Shown here: positions 8,650 to 18,680 of the stretch, piece by piece
Layout of the letters: each line of letters starts with the position of its first letter
How positions within the stretch are numbered: the first letter of the stretch is position 1
Source: a virus
Length of the DNA stretch: 64,000 nt
IMG/VR virus record: IMGVR_UViG_3300005673_000003
Location: 64,001-128,000 of that record
Direction: 5' to 3' (one strand)
The notes under the pieces: generated by a model
The model's input: only the letters and a program-made list of their open reading frames with translations
Told to the model about the DNA's origin: nothing
Database searches by the model: none
Program-made: the position numbers and the translations under genes

Positions 8650-10317
8650 TTAGATTGCGAATAGCTCCGAAACTTGCTCATCGGCTGATAAGCTTCCCAG
8701 CGAAGGAATTGTGATGATGTTTTCCGGCTTGATAAACCGCTTCAGGACTCCTGTATCAGCACTACCGATCGCCAGAGCGTAAACTTCAAAGCAGAGATGC
8801 TTCTGCTTTTTATTGAACTCTTCCAGCCAGGAATCGTATAAGGGAGCCTCCCCATCGGTAATCAGAAGGATATCAGCTCCTTTGTACTGCGAATACTTCT
8901 CGATGCACTCAACTGCTGAATCAAGGGGACGCATAAAGTTGGTGCCGCCATTGGAGAAGTAACCCATAGCAGACAGCATCCGGCCCAGATCTTTCTCTTT
9001 GGGGGCAAAGTCATCAATCCGCTTGACACAGGTATCGAATTGAATCAAGCGGAAATGACGCTTCTGCTTCTGCGCCAATCCCAGCATCGCCAAGCAAAGA
9101 GCCTTAGCTTCCATATTCGGGGTGCCTTCCATAGAGCCTGAAACGTCATCCAGGACAACCAGTGGGCCTCTGCCTAGTTTTTCCTTGCCGCCCATTTTGT
9201 ACTGAGTCAGGGAATGCTCGACCAAATCTTTTTTGAAGAGCTTGCGAGTCTTGGGCATGTGGAACTGGAGTAATTCGGCAGGGACGATCCGAGAAAGATC
9301 ATCTCCTTGCTCCAAGCTCTTGATTTCGCGAGGAACATTAATACTCTTTGACTCAGATTTCTTAGCAGCAATCTTTTTCAAGCGGCCAGCTTTTTTCAAG
9401 ATGCCCTTTAGCTTGCCGCTCCGCTGGATTTTACCAGCCAGGGATTGCAATTCATCCGAATTGCCGATGAACTGATCCTGCCCTTCCTCCAGGCCGTACC
9501 CAAGAGCAGCGAACATTTCTTGTGTCTCCTGGACGGATTCAGAAGCTTCTGCAAGCGCGAGGGAGATAGCACCTGCCAGCATTTCTTGCTGATCTTGCGG
9601 CATATCCTCCTGACTCATTGCACCTGACCCCTGACCCTGGCCCGGTTGACCTTGCTGACCCTGCTCTGATTCATCCCCCTCGCCCTCGCCAGAGCCGATC
9701 AAATCTTCCAAGGTCATTTCCATTGCTTCGTCCCGCAATATCTCTTCGCCTGCTTTCTGAGCATCCTGATTAGAATCGGCATTAAACATATTTTGTGTCC
9801 ATTTCTGGATAAAGCGGACGGCTTCCATGCCCTCTGCGGTCAATCGCTGAATGTCCGCTTTATCCTCCGGTCGCTTACGCCTCACCAGGGGCACTACTTG
9901 ACGGCGCAATTCATTCGGATTCTGCAGCGGCTGAGGAGGGGTAGCCAGCCGCTTAGCTAGAGATTGGATAAACACGTTTGCAGCCATCCCAGCTAGGAAA
10001 GCTTTGCCTTCCACCTGCTCTTGCAGCTCTTTGAAATCCTGGCTATCAGTCAGCTCATCATGGAGAATCTTTGCCCATTGAGCTTCCGGCTTAATCTTAG
10101 CTTCCGGCAAGCGGGTGCCCTCTTCCTCGGTTGTGTACGAGCTTTCATCTGCCGAGTAGAAGCGATGGAAAACTTCCGCTGCAAACTGGGGAAAGCTGTA
10201 AATCTTCTCAGAACCAATCTGGATGTACTGATCGCAATCCTGATCCTTGCGGCGAAATCTATAAAATTGACTCTTATCCCAGTAGGGGAGCTGATAAACC
10301 AGGGATTCTTCAAACAT
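8650..10317 (-). CDS. vWA-domain protein (ViaA/CoxE-like partner of MoxR)
   Basis: MIDAS DVSGSM, GGTNF, ITDG. Confidence 0.85.
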   Translation of the reverse strand: MFEESLVYQLPYWDKSQFYRFRRKDQDCDQYIQIGSEKIYSFPQFAAEVFHRFYSADESSYTTEEEGTRLPEAKIKPEAQWAKILHDELTDSQDFKELQEQVEGKAFLAGMAANVFIQSLAKRLATPPQPLQNPNELRRQVVPLVRRKRPEDKADIQRLTAEGMEAVRFIQKWTQNMFNADSNQDAQKAGEEILRDEAMEMTLEDLIGSGEGEGDESEQGQQGQPGQGQGSGAMSQEDMPQDQQEMLAGAISLALAEASESVQETQEMFAALGYGLEEGQDQFIGNSDELQSLAGKIQRSGKLKGILKKAGRLKKIAAKKSESKSINVPREIKSLEQGDDLSRIVPAELLQFHMPKTRKLFKKDLVEHSLTQYKMGGKEKLGRGPLVVLDDVSGSMEGTPNMEAKALCLAMLGLAQKQKRHFRLIQFDTCVKRIDDFAPKEKDLGRMLSAMGYFSNGGTNFMRPLDSAVECIEKYSQYKGADILLITDGEAPLYDSWLEEFNKKQKHLCFEVYALAIGSADTGVLKRFIKPENIITIPSLGSLSADEQVSELFAI

Positions 10318-10357
10318 AACGCCTTACTCCGATAATCGATTGATTTGCTTACTTACT

Positions 10358-10403
10358 AAGGTATGCGATCCACCCTAAAATGTCAACATCTATCAATCTT
10401 TTT
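10358..10403 (-). promoter_or_regulatory. Early promoter copy 3
   Basis: AAAAGATTGATAGATG-TTGACA-17 nt-TACCTT. Confidence 0.75.
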
Positions 10404-10496
10404 ACCTAAAAAGCAGGAAAGCCCGGAGGGGTATACCTTCCGGGCATTGTCTCGTAAGCACAATCAATCATGGAGCGAGACAAACTTGATTCCCGA

Positions 10497-11747
10497 TTAC
10501 GCTAGCTCAATCTCGGAGAGCTTGGCGATTACTTCCTTTTGATGGATCTGGGAAATACTGCTGTAAACCTTGTGAGCTGTCTTGCTCCGAGAGGATTCTT
10601 TGGGAGCGTTTTTCATGACAACTTCCAAGTCTGCCAATATTTCAGAAAGCTTACTATTGGCAGCATGAAGCGCGAATTTCAATTTAACTGTCGAGCCGGC
10701 GGAAGCGGAATTTTTCAGATTAGCGACTACTTGAGCCGCTGTCTTCGCCATCTCTTCTAACTCTTTATTCTTGTCGTCGAGAATCGCTTTGATAGCTTTT
10801 TCTACTTTGGGCTTCTCTTCTAAAGTTGACCAATAAACCGCTTTGAGGATTTCGATATGATCCTCAATCACAACGTCGCTACCGTGGAGCAGCGCATAGG
10901 CTTGCAGGATTCGCATGATTTGACTGACGCAGACACGATCGCTTTGCCGGATTCCCTCATCTTGCAGCCTGCGCTCCAGATCATCGAGCAAGTCAATGAT
11001 ATGCTCCCCAACCTTGACGGTTTTAACCATTGCCTGGTACTGCTCCAATTCCTCGATTGTGAATCGCTCTTTGATTTCGGGAGTCTTTTCCAGTCCCGCC
11101 GTCCGCATACGGAGCTTTTTCTTACTGCGAGGAGAAACATAATCAACCCAGTAGCGTAAAGGAATTCTGTTCCAGAACGCTTGCAGACGGCTATCCTCGT
11201 CGTCATCCGGCAATTCGTTTGACAGCCCGAACATCGAAACCAGGGGAGCGTTAACGACGCTCTTACCGTTAACCACTTGCTTATCCAGGATTAAGCCCAG
11301 GAGTAGGTTTAGAGATGCGCTATTGCACTTGAAAATTTCATCTAAAACCGCCAGATGCACATCGGCCAGCTTGCCATCCAGGTCGCGACAGGTTTCATTA
11401 TTCTCCAGCGCTCCCAGGTCAATCGAGCCTAGCAGCTCATCTGCGCGAGTATCAGCACCCAAGAGATAGTAAAAACTCTTCCCGGTAAAGGCTGAGATTA
11501 AATCGCGGCTCATCTCGGTCTTACCAGTACCAGGAGCACCTCCGGCAAACAAGTTATATCCGGTCAGCAGAGCAACCAGCATCCCCTTAGACAAATCCTC
11601 TCTTTCCAGCCATTTAGCAGAGAGCTGATTTGCTAGGTTCAGCAGACGAGCAGGGTTAGGGATATTCAGATCAGCGGAAACCGCTTCTAGCTCAGCAGAT
11701 TCTGCTTTGATTGCTTTGCCATTCAGGGTTGCTTTAACAGTAGCCAT
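10497..11747 (-). CDS. MoxR/RavA-family AAA+ ATPase
   Basis: Walker A GAPGTGKT, Walker B LDEIFK, SNELP, SDR motif. Confidence 0.9.
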   Translation of the reverse strand: MATVKATLNGKAIKAESAELEAVSADLNIPNPARLLNLANQLSAKWLEREDLSKGMLVALLTGYNLFAGGAPGTGKTEMSRDLISAFTGKSFYYLLGADTRADELLGSIDLGALENNETCRDLDGKLADVHLAVLDEIFKCNSASLNLLLGLILDKQVVNGKSVVNAPLVSMFGLSNELPDDDEDSRLQAFWNRIPLRYWVDYVSPRSKKKLRMRTAGLEKTPEIKERFTIEELEQYQAMVKTVKVGEHIIDLLDDLERRLQDEGIRQSDRVCVSQIMRILQAYALLHGSDVVIEDHIEILKAVYWSTLEEKPKVEKAIKAILDDKNKELEEMAKTAAQVVANLKNSASAGSTVKLKFALHAANSKLSEILADLEVVMKNAPKESSRSKTAHKVYSSISQIHQKEVIAKLSEIELA

Positions 11748-11957
11748 AACGCTCTTCTCCGTTAATTGATTGATTGCTGCTTACATTCAATATACTAAGC
11801 CTATATTTACCGTATGGCAAGGGTTTTGGTAAAAATAATTTTGTTGATTGATAGGAGCTTACATTATCAGGGTTTTGCGGGATATTGCATAAAAAAAGAG
11901 GGTGTATCGTGGCACCCTCCATAAATCAATCAATAAGCTGTCGTTATGAAATCCGAT

Positions 11958-12314
11958 TTAATCCATAGGCACTCCGTTTCTAGATAGAAAACCTTTGATC
12001 AGCTCCCCTACTACATCAGACATCTGTTTTTCATGCTGGATGCAGTAGATTTTCAGAGCCTGATGGAGCGATCGCTGGACGTACACCCCACCAAGGTTGA
12101 TGTAGTCTGGGTTTCGATGCTTTGCAGCCTGCTCCCCCTGCCCCTTATAAAGCACTTTAGGAGAGCCTTGCTGCTCGGTAGGTGATTTCCCCTTACCTTT
12201 CCCCTTAGCGCTGCTTTTGGCTGGGCTGATGGAGGCAACGGGAGGAGGGGAAGGCTCTGGTAGCTCCGGCTCTGGAGATGCTTTTTTCTGAAATAAATTT
12301 TTGAGCTTTGACAT
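11958..12314 (-). CDS. ParG-like ribbon-helix-helix partition protein
   Basis: KHRNPDY...GVYVQRSLHQALKIYC...MSDVVGELI; directly downstream of parA. Confidence 0.7.
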   Translation of the reverse strand: MSKLKNLFQKKASPEPELPEPSPPPVASISPAKSSAKGKGKGKSPTEQQGSPKVLYKGQGEQAAKHRNPDYINLGGVYVQRSLHQALKIYCIQHEKQMSDVVGELIKGFLSRNGVPMD

Positions 12315-12353
12315 GGTATTCCCTGAGATGAAGATTTTTAGATTTCTAGAATT

Positions 12354-13052
12354 CTATCGCTTAAGAGACTCCAGGAGTTCACTGCCAACCCATTCGTAGT
12401 AAATCCAGGCAACTTGGCCCGACTTACCGAGCAGGTTTAAGCTTTTCCCTTCCAGCGCTGCCCGTTGGTGGATGGCCCGTTGCAGCCTGGTATGAGCTGA
12501 GAAGATGGGAATATCTTCTTCCCGGAATGACTCTAAAATCTCAATCGTCAGGGAGCTGGCCCAAATTGATTGATTCTTGAACTCGCCAGCTTGCTTCTGG
12601 ACTCTGCCGGGAGGAGTTGCTTGGGTCAGGAGGATTCGATAATTCTTGATACCCCGGTCATTCATATACCGAGCCTGGGATAAGGCTACACCCAAATCGA
12701 GCGCATCGGGCTTGGTTGGCACTACGAGCAGAGAAGAGTTCTCAGCGAGTGCGGTCAGATCTTCCGCGTCGGGTCGAGCAGGGGTATCAATCACGATGAA
12801 TTCGTATTCATCCATATCACCCGGATCATCGGCATCCACTACCTTGAAGGGGTACAGATCTGCCCCTCCTCGCTCTACCCAATCCAGTGCTGAGCGGTTT
12901 TGATCTCCATCAATCAGGAGAGTGCTTCCGATCTCTCCCAGATAGGTAGCCAGATGAATTGCTGTGGTAGTTTTTCCGACTCCTCCCTTAAAAGCTGCCA
13001 GGGAGATGATTTGCGGCTCTTTTGCCTTTCCTCGCTTCCTTGATTTCGCCAT
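12354..13052 (-). CDS. parA: ParA partition ATPase (type Ib)
   Basis: Deviant Walker A KGGVGKTT, IDGD, VIDTP. Confidence 0.92.
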   Translation of the reverse strand: MAKSRKRGKAKEPQIISLAAFKGGVGKTTTAIHLATYLGEIGSTLLIDGDQNRSALDWVERGGADLYPFKVVDADDPGDMDEYEFIVIDTPARPDAEDLTALAENSSLLVVPTKPDALDLGVALSQARYMNDRGIKNYRILLTQATPPGRVQKQAGEFKNQSIWASSLTIEILESFREEDIPIFSAHTRLQRAIHQRAALEGKSLNLLGKSGQVAWIYYEWVGSELLESLKR

Positions 13053-13074
13053 ATTGCCACCTTGATAATCGATT

Positions 13075-13120
13075 GATTTTAGATTTTTAGATTTTGCAAT
13101 TTCTAGATTTCTAGATTTTA
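13075..13120. repeat. 8-bp periodic GATTT(T/C)TA array upstream of parA; candidate centromere
   Basis: Similar arrays at about 12333, 14548, 17617, 42522 and 51622. Confidence 0.6.
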
Positions 13121-13130
13121 CAGCAAGCTA

Positions 13131-13988
13131 TCAAGATTTCTCCTTTCTTGCCATGAGCATCACGGCAGCATCCGCGCTAACCTTATGAAGCGCGGCTTTA
13201 ACGGAAAGCCCTCGCAGATGCCAGCGAAGAGCGCTAGCTATGGTTCTCCGGCGATCATCGTCGGTACTAATACCCTTAGTTTCAGGTTTGGATTCAATGC
13301 TCTCGTAAATGTTAGCGACTTGCCCCCTGATAAAATCGACTGTTGTAATTGGCAGCAATTTGCATAATGAGTCGAGCGAAAGCCTTGAGAACCGATCCCT
13401 ACCATCTGGCACCTTAAGATTCTCCCAATCCTTAAATTTGAAGGCAGGGGCACCCATACTAGCCGCTGCGTTAGCGATCTCTATTTGCTTCTTGAACTCG
13501 ACATTCTCAAGCGGATTGAGGTCGAACAGGGTTTCGCTTAAGTTGGGAGCTGGCTTGCTAATATCGGCAGCCGCTTCCCAAGCATCCCTCGCAAGGTTGT
13601 ACAAATCCGTATACGAAAAACCAAGAGCGGCAATTGCATCATAGGATTCCCCAGGAGGAGCAAAGTCAATGCCTGGAAATTGATTAATTATCGACCAAAG
13701 CTCTTGATAGAATGCTCCCTTCGATGCTGCCAGCTCTTTCAGAATAAAAAAATGAACATTCTCGAACGGGCAATAAACCATCGGCTGCACTTTGCCTGAC
13801 AGCTCCAAGCACTTATTCAATCCTGCCCGAAGCCCACGGAGGCAAACGTAGTTAAGGGGAGCCTTTCGATCGTCAAACTTAAATTCAACCGCTTCCAATT
13901 TGGAGCCATCATCTAAATAGATGTGGGCCAGCCCGACTGCTGTATCTACACGAGCTAAGCCAACGAAAAACACCTTAGGCCGCTGCAT
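13131..13988 (-). CDS. Hypothetical protein, possibly a degenerate RNase H-fold with a cyanobacterial 'ALRWxxRGL' C-terminal domain
   Basis: Pattern resembles cyanobacterial RNase HI-like proteins; catalytic acidic residues not evident. Confidence 0.4.
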   Translation of the reverse strand: MQRPKVFFVGLARVDTAVGLAHIYLDDGSKLEAVEFKFDDRKAPLNYVCLRGLRAGLNKCLELSGKVQPMVYCPFENVHFFILKELAASKGAFYQELWSIINQFPGIDFAPPGESYDAIAALGFSYTDLYNLARDAWEAAADISKPAPNLSETLFDLNPLENVEFKKQIEIANAAASMGAPAFKFKDWENLKVPDGRDRFSRLSLDSLCKLLPITTVDFIRGQVANIYESIESKPETKGISTDDDRRRTIASALRWHLRGLSVKAALHKVSADAAVMLMARKEKS

Positions 13989-14535
13989 CTTTGCCCTCCT
14001 CTTGCTCCTGCTCTTGCCATGATTCCATCAACTGCTTTTCTATCTGCTCCCAACCAGGAAGCTTGCGAATGTCCAGCTTCAAAGCGCTGTAAATTGCCGG
14101 ATCAAGTAATACTCCAACCTCCCAGCGATTCTCAAAATGCTGGACAGCGTAGCTATGCCCGTCTCCAAAAATTCCGTGAGGGATAACTTTCAATTCTTCC
14201 TCAGTCCATCCTGCCAGCTCTGCATAGCAACGCAACCGGAAATCGACAGAATAAAACACATCGTCGTCATCGTAAATTTTAATCCAGCAGTGGGGAAACT
14301 CGATGTACTGCAGCGTGCCAGATTCATCCTCGCGGCTGAGGATAGCGCTCCCCCAACAGATAAGGGTAGGGATACCCAATAGCTCTAGATCATGGGCTAC
14401 CAACCGGGAGCAGCCATCGCACTCAGTTGGAGATTGATCAGCACTTCGCAGGTAGGCTTCCAGGGTTTGACGCGATAGCTTACCCCCACCAAAAGTCGCG
14501 TTCAGCATCCATTCCGGCTCAAATCCACTTTCCAT
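13975..14535 (-). CDS. Hypothetical protein (possible transglutaminase/papain-like C-H-D pattern)
   Basis: ECDGCS...PHCWI...VDF. Confidence 0.45.
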   Translation of the reverse strand: MESGFEPEWMLNATFGGGKLSRQTLEAYLRSADQSPTECDGCSRLVAHDLELLGIPTLICWGSAILSREDESGTLQYIEFPHCWIKIYDDDDVFYSVDFRLRCYAELAGWTEEELKVIPHGIFGDGHSYAVQHFENRWEVGVLLDPAIYSALKLDIRKLPGWEQIEKQLMESWQEQEQEEGKDAAA

Positions 14536-14623
14536 AACTCCACGTCCTAGAAATCTAAAAATCTAAAAATCTGAAAATAAAGGGGGAAAGCGTTATCCCC
14601 CTCTTAATCAATCAATTCGCAAC

Positions 14624-16003
14624 TTAGAAGCCAGCGAGGGCAACATCATCTAGCTCAATCTCTGCAGCGGCTTCCGGCTCCATGTCAAGCTCTTCCTCTT
14701 CTGTAGGCTCTTCAGTTTCCTCAACTTCTGGATGGGGAGCGGGAGCTGGAGGAGCGGGAGCCTCTTCCTCGGCCTCCTCTTCAGCCTCCTCTTCCTTGAT
14801 TTCTGGGGTGGGGGGAGCGGGAACCTCTTCGGGTGCATCCATTCCGACCAGGGAGAGTAGCTTAGAGGCAGTGCCCTTAAGGATACCGGAGTAAGAGCGT
14901 GCTTCAATCCGCAACTCTTTGAGGAGGCAATCTTTCTCCTCGCCATCCTCCATTGCAGCCATCGTATCAATGCGTTGCTTAAGGTCTTTCAGGCGGTCTT
15001 CCAGCGAGGATACGCCGCACCATTTTGACAATTCAGCATTAGCGGCAGTAGGCTCTTGAATCCAATCTTGATCTAATAGCTCTTCCTGGATTTTATCAAG
15101 CCGTACTTGCAGTTCCCCTTTATCTTTGGGGTAGGAGGGGAACTGGGGGCTAAATTCCAGCGCTTTATCTGCCAGGGAGCGCACCGGATCTCCAATCTGC
15201 CCACCACCGGACATCTCATCGAATAGCTCGACTAACCCCTGGATGCTCGACCAGGAATTCGCTAGGTGGGGAACCGTTTTTTCATCGGGAGCGGCAGGGT
15301 CAAAATCTCGGAGGCGATTGAAGAAAAGCGCGATCGCCTTGGAGAGTTTAGCGGAAGTTTTGGGGAGATCTTCCTGCATCGTCTTGCGAATTTGACCCAT
15401 CCAGAACTGTAATTCTGGAGACATTTTGGCAATTTCTGTGATCGAGGGAACCCGGATCGGCCCCTCCTTAAGATTGAGCTTGAAATTCTCGCGAATCTGG
15501 TCATTAGTAGGGAATTCCAGGGAGTACTTGTAAAAATCCTCCATCGCATCTGCTTGCGTCAAGATTGCCTGCAGCCGACCGTCATAAATTTGATGTGCTT
15601 CTTCTGCGCTATCGAGCAATTCTTGGATCAGCTCCTCTTGGAGCTTCATCAACTCTTCCCAGCCAGCATCAAAATCAGCTTTGAATCGAGCAGGAAACCA
15701 CCAGCGGTTATCTCCTGCGCTAATCATCTGGCACTTGCGCTGCAAGGTATCGAAGGCATTCCCCAACTTGGTGCCAGCTTCCCGAATCCCCCACTTCTTA
15801 GAGCCTTTCATTACCTGGAAAACAGGCAACGTAAATTTAGCGTCCGCTCCGTTACTCTTAAGGGTAGCCATTAGACCGGGAGCAGCCAGCTTCTCATTCT
15901 TCAAGGAGACGTAACCTTTACCTACAGACTGAGTAACGACCACAAAGTAGCTACCTTCAGGAGCACCATTAGCAGGGACGAGATCAGGAGTATTGCTGGT
16001 CAT
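14624..16003 (-). CDS. DUF3150-like protein with acidic Pro/Glu-rich tail
   Basis: WWFP...FPTNDQIRENF pattern; MoxR-vWA neighbourhood; start moved to ATG 16003 after RBS and leader motif. Confidence 0.55.
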   Translation of the reverse strand: MTSNTPDLVPANGAPEGSYFVVVTQSVGKGYVSLKNEKLAAPGLMATLKSNGADAKFTLPVFQVMKGSKKWGIREAGTKLGNAFDTLQRKCQMISAGDNRWWFPARFKADFDAGWEELMKLQEELIQELLDSAEEAHQIYDGRLQAILTQADAMEDFYKYSLEFPTNDQIRENFKLNLKEGPIRVPSITEIAKMSPELQFWMGQIRKTMQEDLPKTSAKLSKAIALFFNRLRDFDPAAPDEKTVPHLANSWSSIQGLVELFDEMSGGGQIGDPVRSLADKALEFSPQFPSYPKDKGELQVRLDKIQEELLDQDWIQEPTAANAELSKWCGVSSLEDRLKDLKQRIDTMAAMEDGEEKDCLLKELRIEARSYSGILKGTASKLLSLVGMDAPEEVPAPPTPEIKEEEAEEEAEEEAPAPPAPAPHPEVEETEEPTEEEELDMEPEAAAEIELDDVALAGF

Positions 16004-16042
16004 GATTGCCTTCCGCTTACCGATAATTGATTGATTAATCCA

Positions 16043-16090
16043 ATAGTAGCGGCCCACCCCAAAAATGTCAACAACTATCAATCAATTATT
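16043..16090 (-). promoter_or_regulatory. Early promoter copy 4
   Basis: AATTGATTGATAGTTG-TTGACA-17 nt-TACTAT. Confidence 0.75.
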
Positions 16091-16196
16091 TTAGATCCCC
16101 GCGAATCCCCCATTATGTAAGGAAAAATAAAGCCTGCAGGATAGGAGCCTGCAGGCTAGAAGGAAGTATCTCTTAAGTACTATTGTACTTGGAGGA

Positions 16197-16442
16197 CTAT
16201 CCAACCTTACCTTTCTCCCGCTCCTCCTTACGTTGCCGCCGAAATTCCCGAAAATCCTCCCAAGCTCCATAATTTGAGACAGCCGCCTTAAAGCGCTTAA
16301 CCCACCGAGCCATAGCCTCTTCCCAGACGTAAGAAGCGAGGAGCGCTAAGTAGCCGATAACTACTACAAGAGCAGCTAAGCCGATTGTATATAGAACATA
16401 GGCTGAAATAAACTGACAGAATTCAAAGTATGATTGCAGCAT
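16197..16442 (-). CDS. Small membrane protein
   Basis: Hydrophobic N-terminal helix, RBS GAGGG. Confidence 0.55.
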   Translation of the reverse strand: MLQSYFEFCQFISAYVLYTIGLAALVVVIGYLALLASYVWEEAMARWVKRFKAAVSNYGAWEDFREFRRQRKEEREKGKVG

Positions 16443-16462
16443 TTTCCCTCTTAATCAATCAA

Positions 16463-16675
16463 TTATTCATCGAGCCATGCTTTGCATCGCCAAGCAGCGC
16501 TAATGATTGCGTGCCCAAGCTCCGGGCTGGGGGCAGAGTAGACTCTAAAGATTCGCTCCAGCATTGCAAAAACCTGTGAATTTGAGATGGGGAGCGCTGG
16601 CTGGTTAGCGTCCAGGTAGGAGCTAAGGACGATCGTTGAAGCGTAGAAATCAATTTCAGCAGGAGATTGCGGCAT
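16463..16675 (-). CDS. Small hypothetical protein (MPQSPAEIDF...)
   Basis: GAGG RBS before ATG 16675; overlaps the end of the upstream gene. Confidence 0.5.
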   Translation of the reverse strand: MPQSPAEIDFYASTIVLSSYLDANQPALPISNSQVFAMLERIFRVYSAPSPELGHAIISAAWRCKAWLDE

Positions 16676-17108
16676 CCTCTTCCTCCTCCTCGTCCTCATC
16701 CTCTTCTTCTGCTGGGAAGGAGTACTTGCGCTCCTTCTGCTCGGAAGCATCGTAAACGGGCTGACTCCATCCCTGCACGATAAACTCTTTGGCTCCTGCT
16801 TCCGATGGATCGGACTGGAAAACCAGCAACCGGAGTTTGTAATCTCCGTTGACAATATCGTATTCCCCATTCTGGTCATACCGTTGAGCGAAAATCTCAG
16901 CCGCTAATCTAGGCTCAGTTGCGTAAACCTTGGATTCCCAATCACCCTGAGAATGATCTTCGATTTGAGCATTCTTATCGCCAGGGTAGCTCTCGTCGAT
17001 TCGCTCCAGAACCTTCACTCGGTAGGCTATGCAATTATGAGTTCCCGACCATCCAAGCCAAGCAAATTTATCGCAACGGGAGCAGCGATCGTAAGTGGCA
17101 GCCATCAA
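16656..17108 (-). CDS. Hypothetical protein with N-terminal Cys/His motif and acidic tail
   Basis: CSRC...HNC; coupled to the upstream gene. Confidence 0.55.
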   Translation of the reverse strand: MMAATYDRCSRCDKFAWLGWSGTHNCIAYRVKVLERIDESYPGDKNAQIEDHSQGDWESKVYATEPRLAAEIFAQRYDQNGEYDIVNGDYKLRLLVFQSDPSEAGAKEFIVQGWSQPVYDASEQKERKYSFPAEEEDEDEEEEEDAAISC

Positions 17109-17590
17109 GCCAACCCTCCATCGACCAGATTCCAGATAGCGTTGTACTGCTCAGGGGTGAGCGTCATTTTTGCGGCCTGGATGAATCGCTGATTTCGCTC
17201 CTTCGCTTTTGATAATGCGGTGCAGACTACTCTAATATGCAATCCCTTAATCGCTCTAGCCTTGGTAAGCCGGAGAAAATAATCAGTATCAGCTCTTTCT
17301 CCCGTATCGTACTTTTTCGCTGCCGCTGCCGCATACTTAGCGTTTATCAGCGTCAGCTCTGCATCTAGGATGAGCTTCAAATCTTTGAGAGTATCGAGCG
17401 GCAGATTATCCAGATCTTCCTGAGTGAAAACTCCCATTACTGTTTCAATGGTTAGAGCTGCCTTAACTTCGCCTCGCCGCTCAGCCTGAATCTCTTCTAC
17501 CGAAAGATGCGTTGGCTTACTGGGAATTCGGGGATTGGGCGAAATTGTGGGTAAAGTTGGCCGCTGTAGAGCCTGGGATTGATTTTGCAT
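17105..17590 (-). CDS. Hypothetical protein
   Basis: GGAGG RBS and leader motif. Confidence 0.65.
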   Translation of the reverse strand: MQNQSQALQRPTLPTISPNPRIPSKPTHLSVEEIQAERRGEVKAALTIETVMGVFTQEDLDNLPLDTLKDLKLILDAELTLINAKYAAAAAKKYDTGERADTDYFLRLTKARAIKGLHIRVVCTALSKAKERNQRFIQAAKMTLTPEQYNAIWNLVDGGLA

Positions 17591-17651
17591 TATTCCTCCA
17601 GCTAATTAATTGATTGATTTTTAGAAATCTAAATTTCCAGATTTCTAATTT

Positions 17652-18677
17652 TTAGAATCCAGCTTCAGGATCTCCTGATAGCGCGGCTTCGGTTTGCTCT
17701 AAATAAGCAAGGAATTCATAGAGCTGGGTATCGTTTAAGTTTTTCCGGGTTGTGGTGTTAAATCGATTTTTTAGCTCCTGCTTAGCTCTTGATGTGGGCC
17801 AGCCAAGACGGTCTAGAGCATCATCGATCAATCGCATCATTTCGTCGCGACCATCAATATCGATAAGCTCTGAATCATCCTCGTCATCATCAACGCTATC
17901 GAAACCATAAACGCCTTTGATCGGGACATCCTCTGCTTCCGCCGCTGGCTCTGGAATCTCATTACCGGAGATAGGGAAGCTGCCGCCACCAAACTTGCCG
18001 CCGAAATAGCCGCGCATCCACTCAGCGGATGGCTCCAGAGACAGCAGAGACTTAACCATGTCTACCACTTTGCCATCATCCATCTTGCGCTTCACTGGGC
18101 CAGGGGAGCGGCGAAGGACGATGGGTATTTGATGCAGTCCCACCCTAGCTTGCTGACTCAATTTGACCAGCGATTGCAGATTCTTCTTTAATCGCTTTGC
18201 ATCCTCCCAGGAGGTTGAAGTGCTGATCAAGGCACCAACTATGTCATCATCTAGTAGCTCCTTGACGACGATCGAGAGCTGTAGAGCTGGCTTGCAATCC
18301 CTACATTTCTTGCCGGATGCGATGCAAGGCTTAGACTCTCTGCTGTAACTGCCTTCTGGAGTGCGCCAGAGGTAGATCTGGGAGCCGTTGCAAAGCTTGT
18401 GAACAGTCTTCCCTTTCTGGGATTTCATGGTTGATTGGAAATTCTCAGCGATCGTCGAGAATGCCAGGTATCCCCTGATTACGGTTGGCTTCTGTCCATA
18501 GTGCTGCTCAAAAGCTTGCTGCACTTCCGGGAGCTTGGTCTTCAGTCGGAAATAATCCAAGTCTCGGCCAACGTTGTCGCCTTTGGGTGCCCCTTTCGCC
18601 AGGTATCCAAGGACGGGCAGGGAGAACGATTCGAGATCATCAAGATCATCAGTTAATCCAGTAATTCCATTCATCAT
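17652..18677 (-). CDS. Gp3-like / recombination directionality factor-like protein
   Basis: KGAPK...DLDYFR...CNG...C..CKP..L pattern. Confidence 0.6.
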   Translation of the reverse strand: MMNGITGLTDDLDDLESFSLPVLGYLAKGAPKGDNVGRDLDYFRLKTKLPEVQQAFEQHYGQKPTVIRGYLAFSTIAENFQSTMKSQKGKTVHKLCNGSQIYLWRTPEGSYSRESKPCIASGKKCRDCKPALQLSIVVKELLDDDIVGALISTSTSWEDAKRLKKNLQSLVKLSQQARVGLHQIPIVLRRSPGPVKRKMDDGKVVDMVKSLLSLEPSAEWMRGYFGGKFGGGSFPISGNEIPEPAAEAEDVPIKGVYGFDSVDDDEDDSELIDIDGRDEMMRLIDDALDRLGWPTSRAKQELKNRFNTTTRKNLNDTQLYEFLAYLEQTEAALSGDPEAGF

Positions 18678-18680
18678 GAT

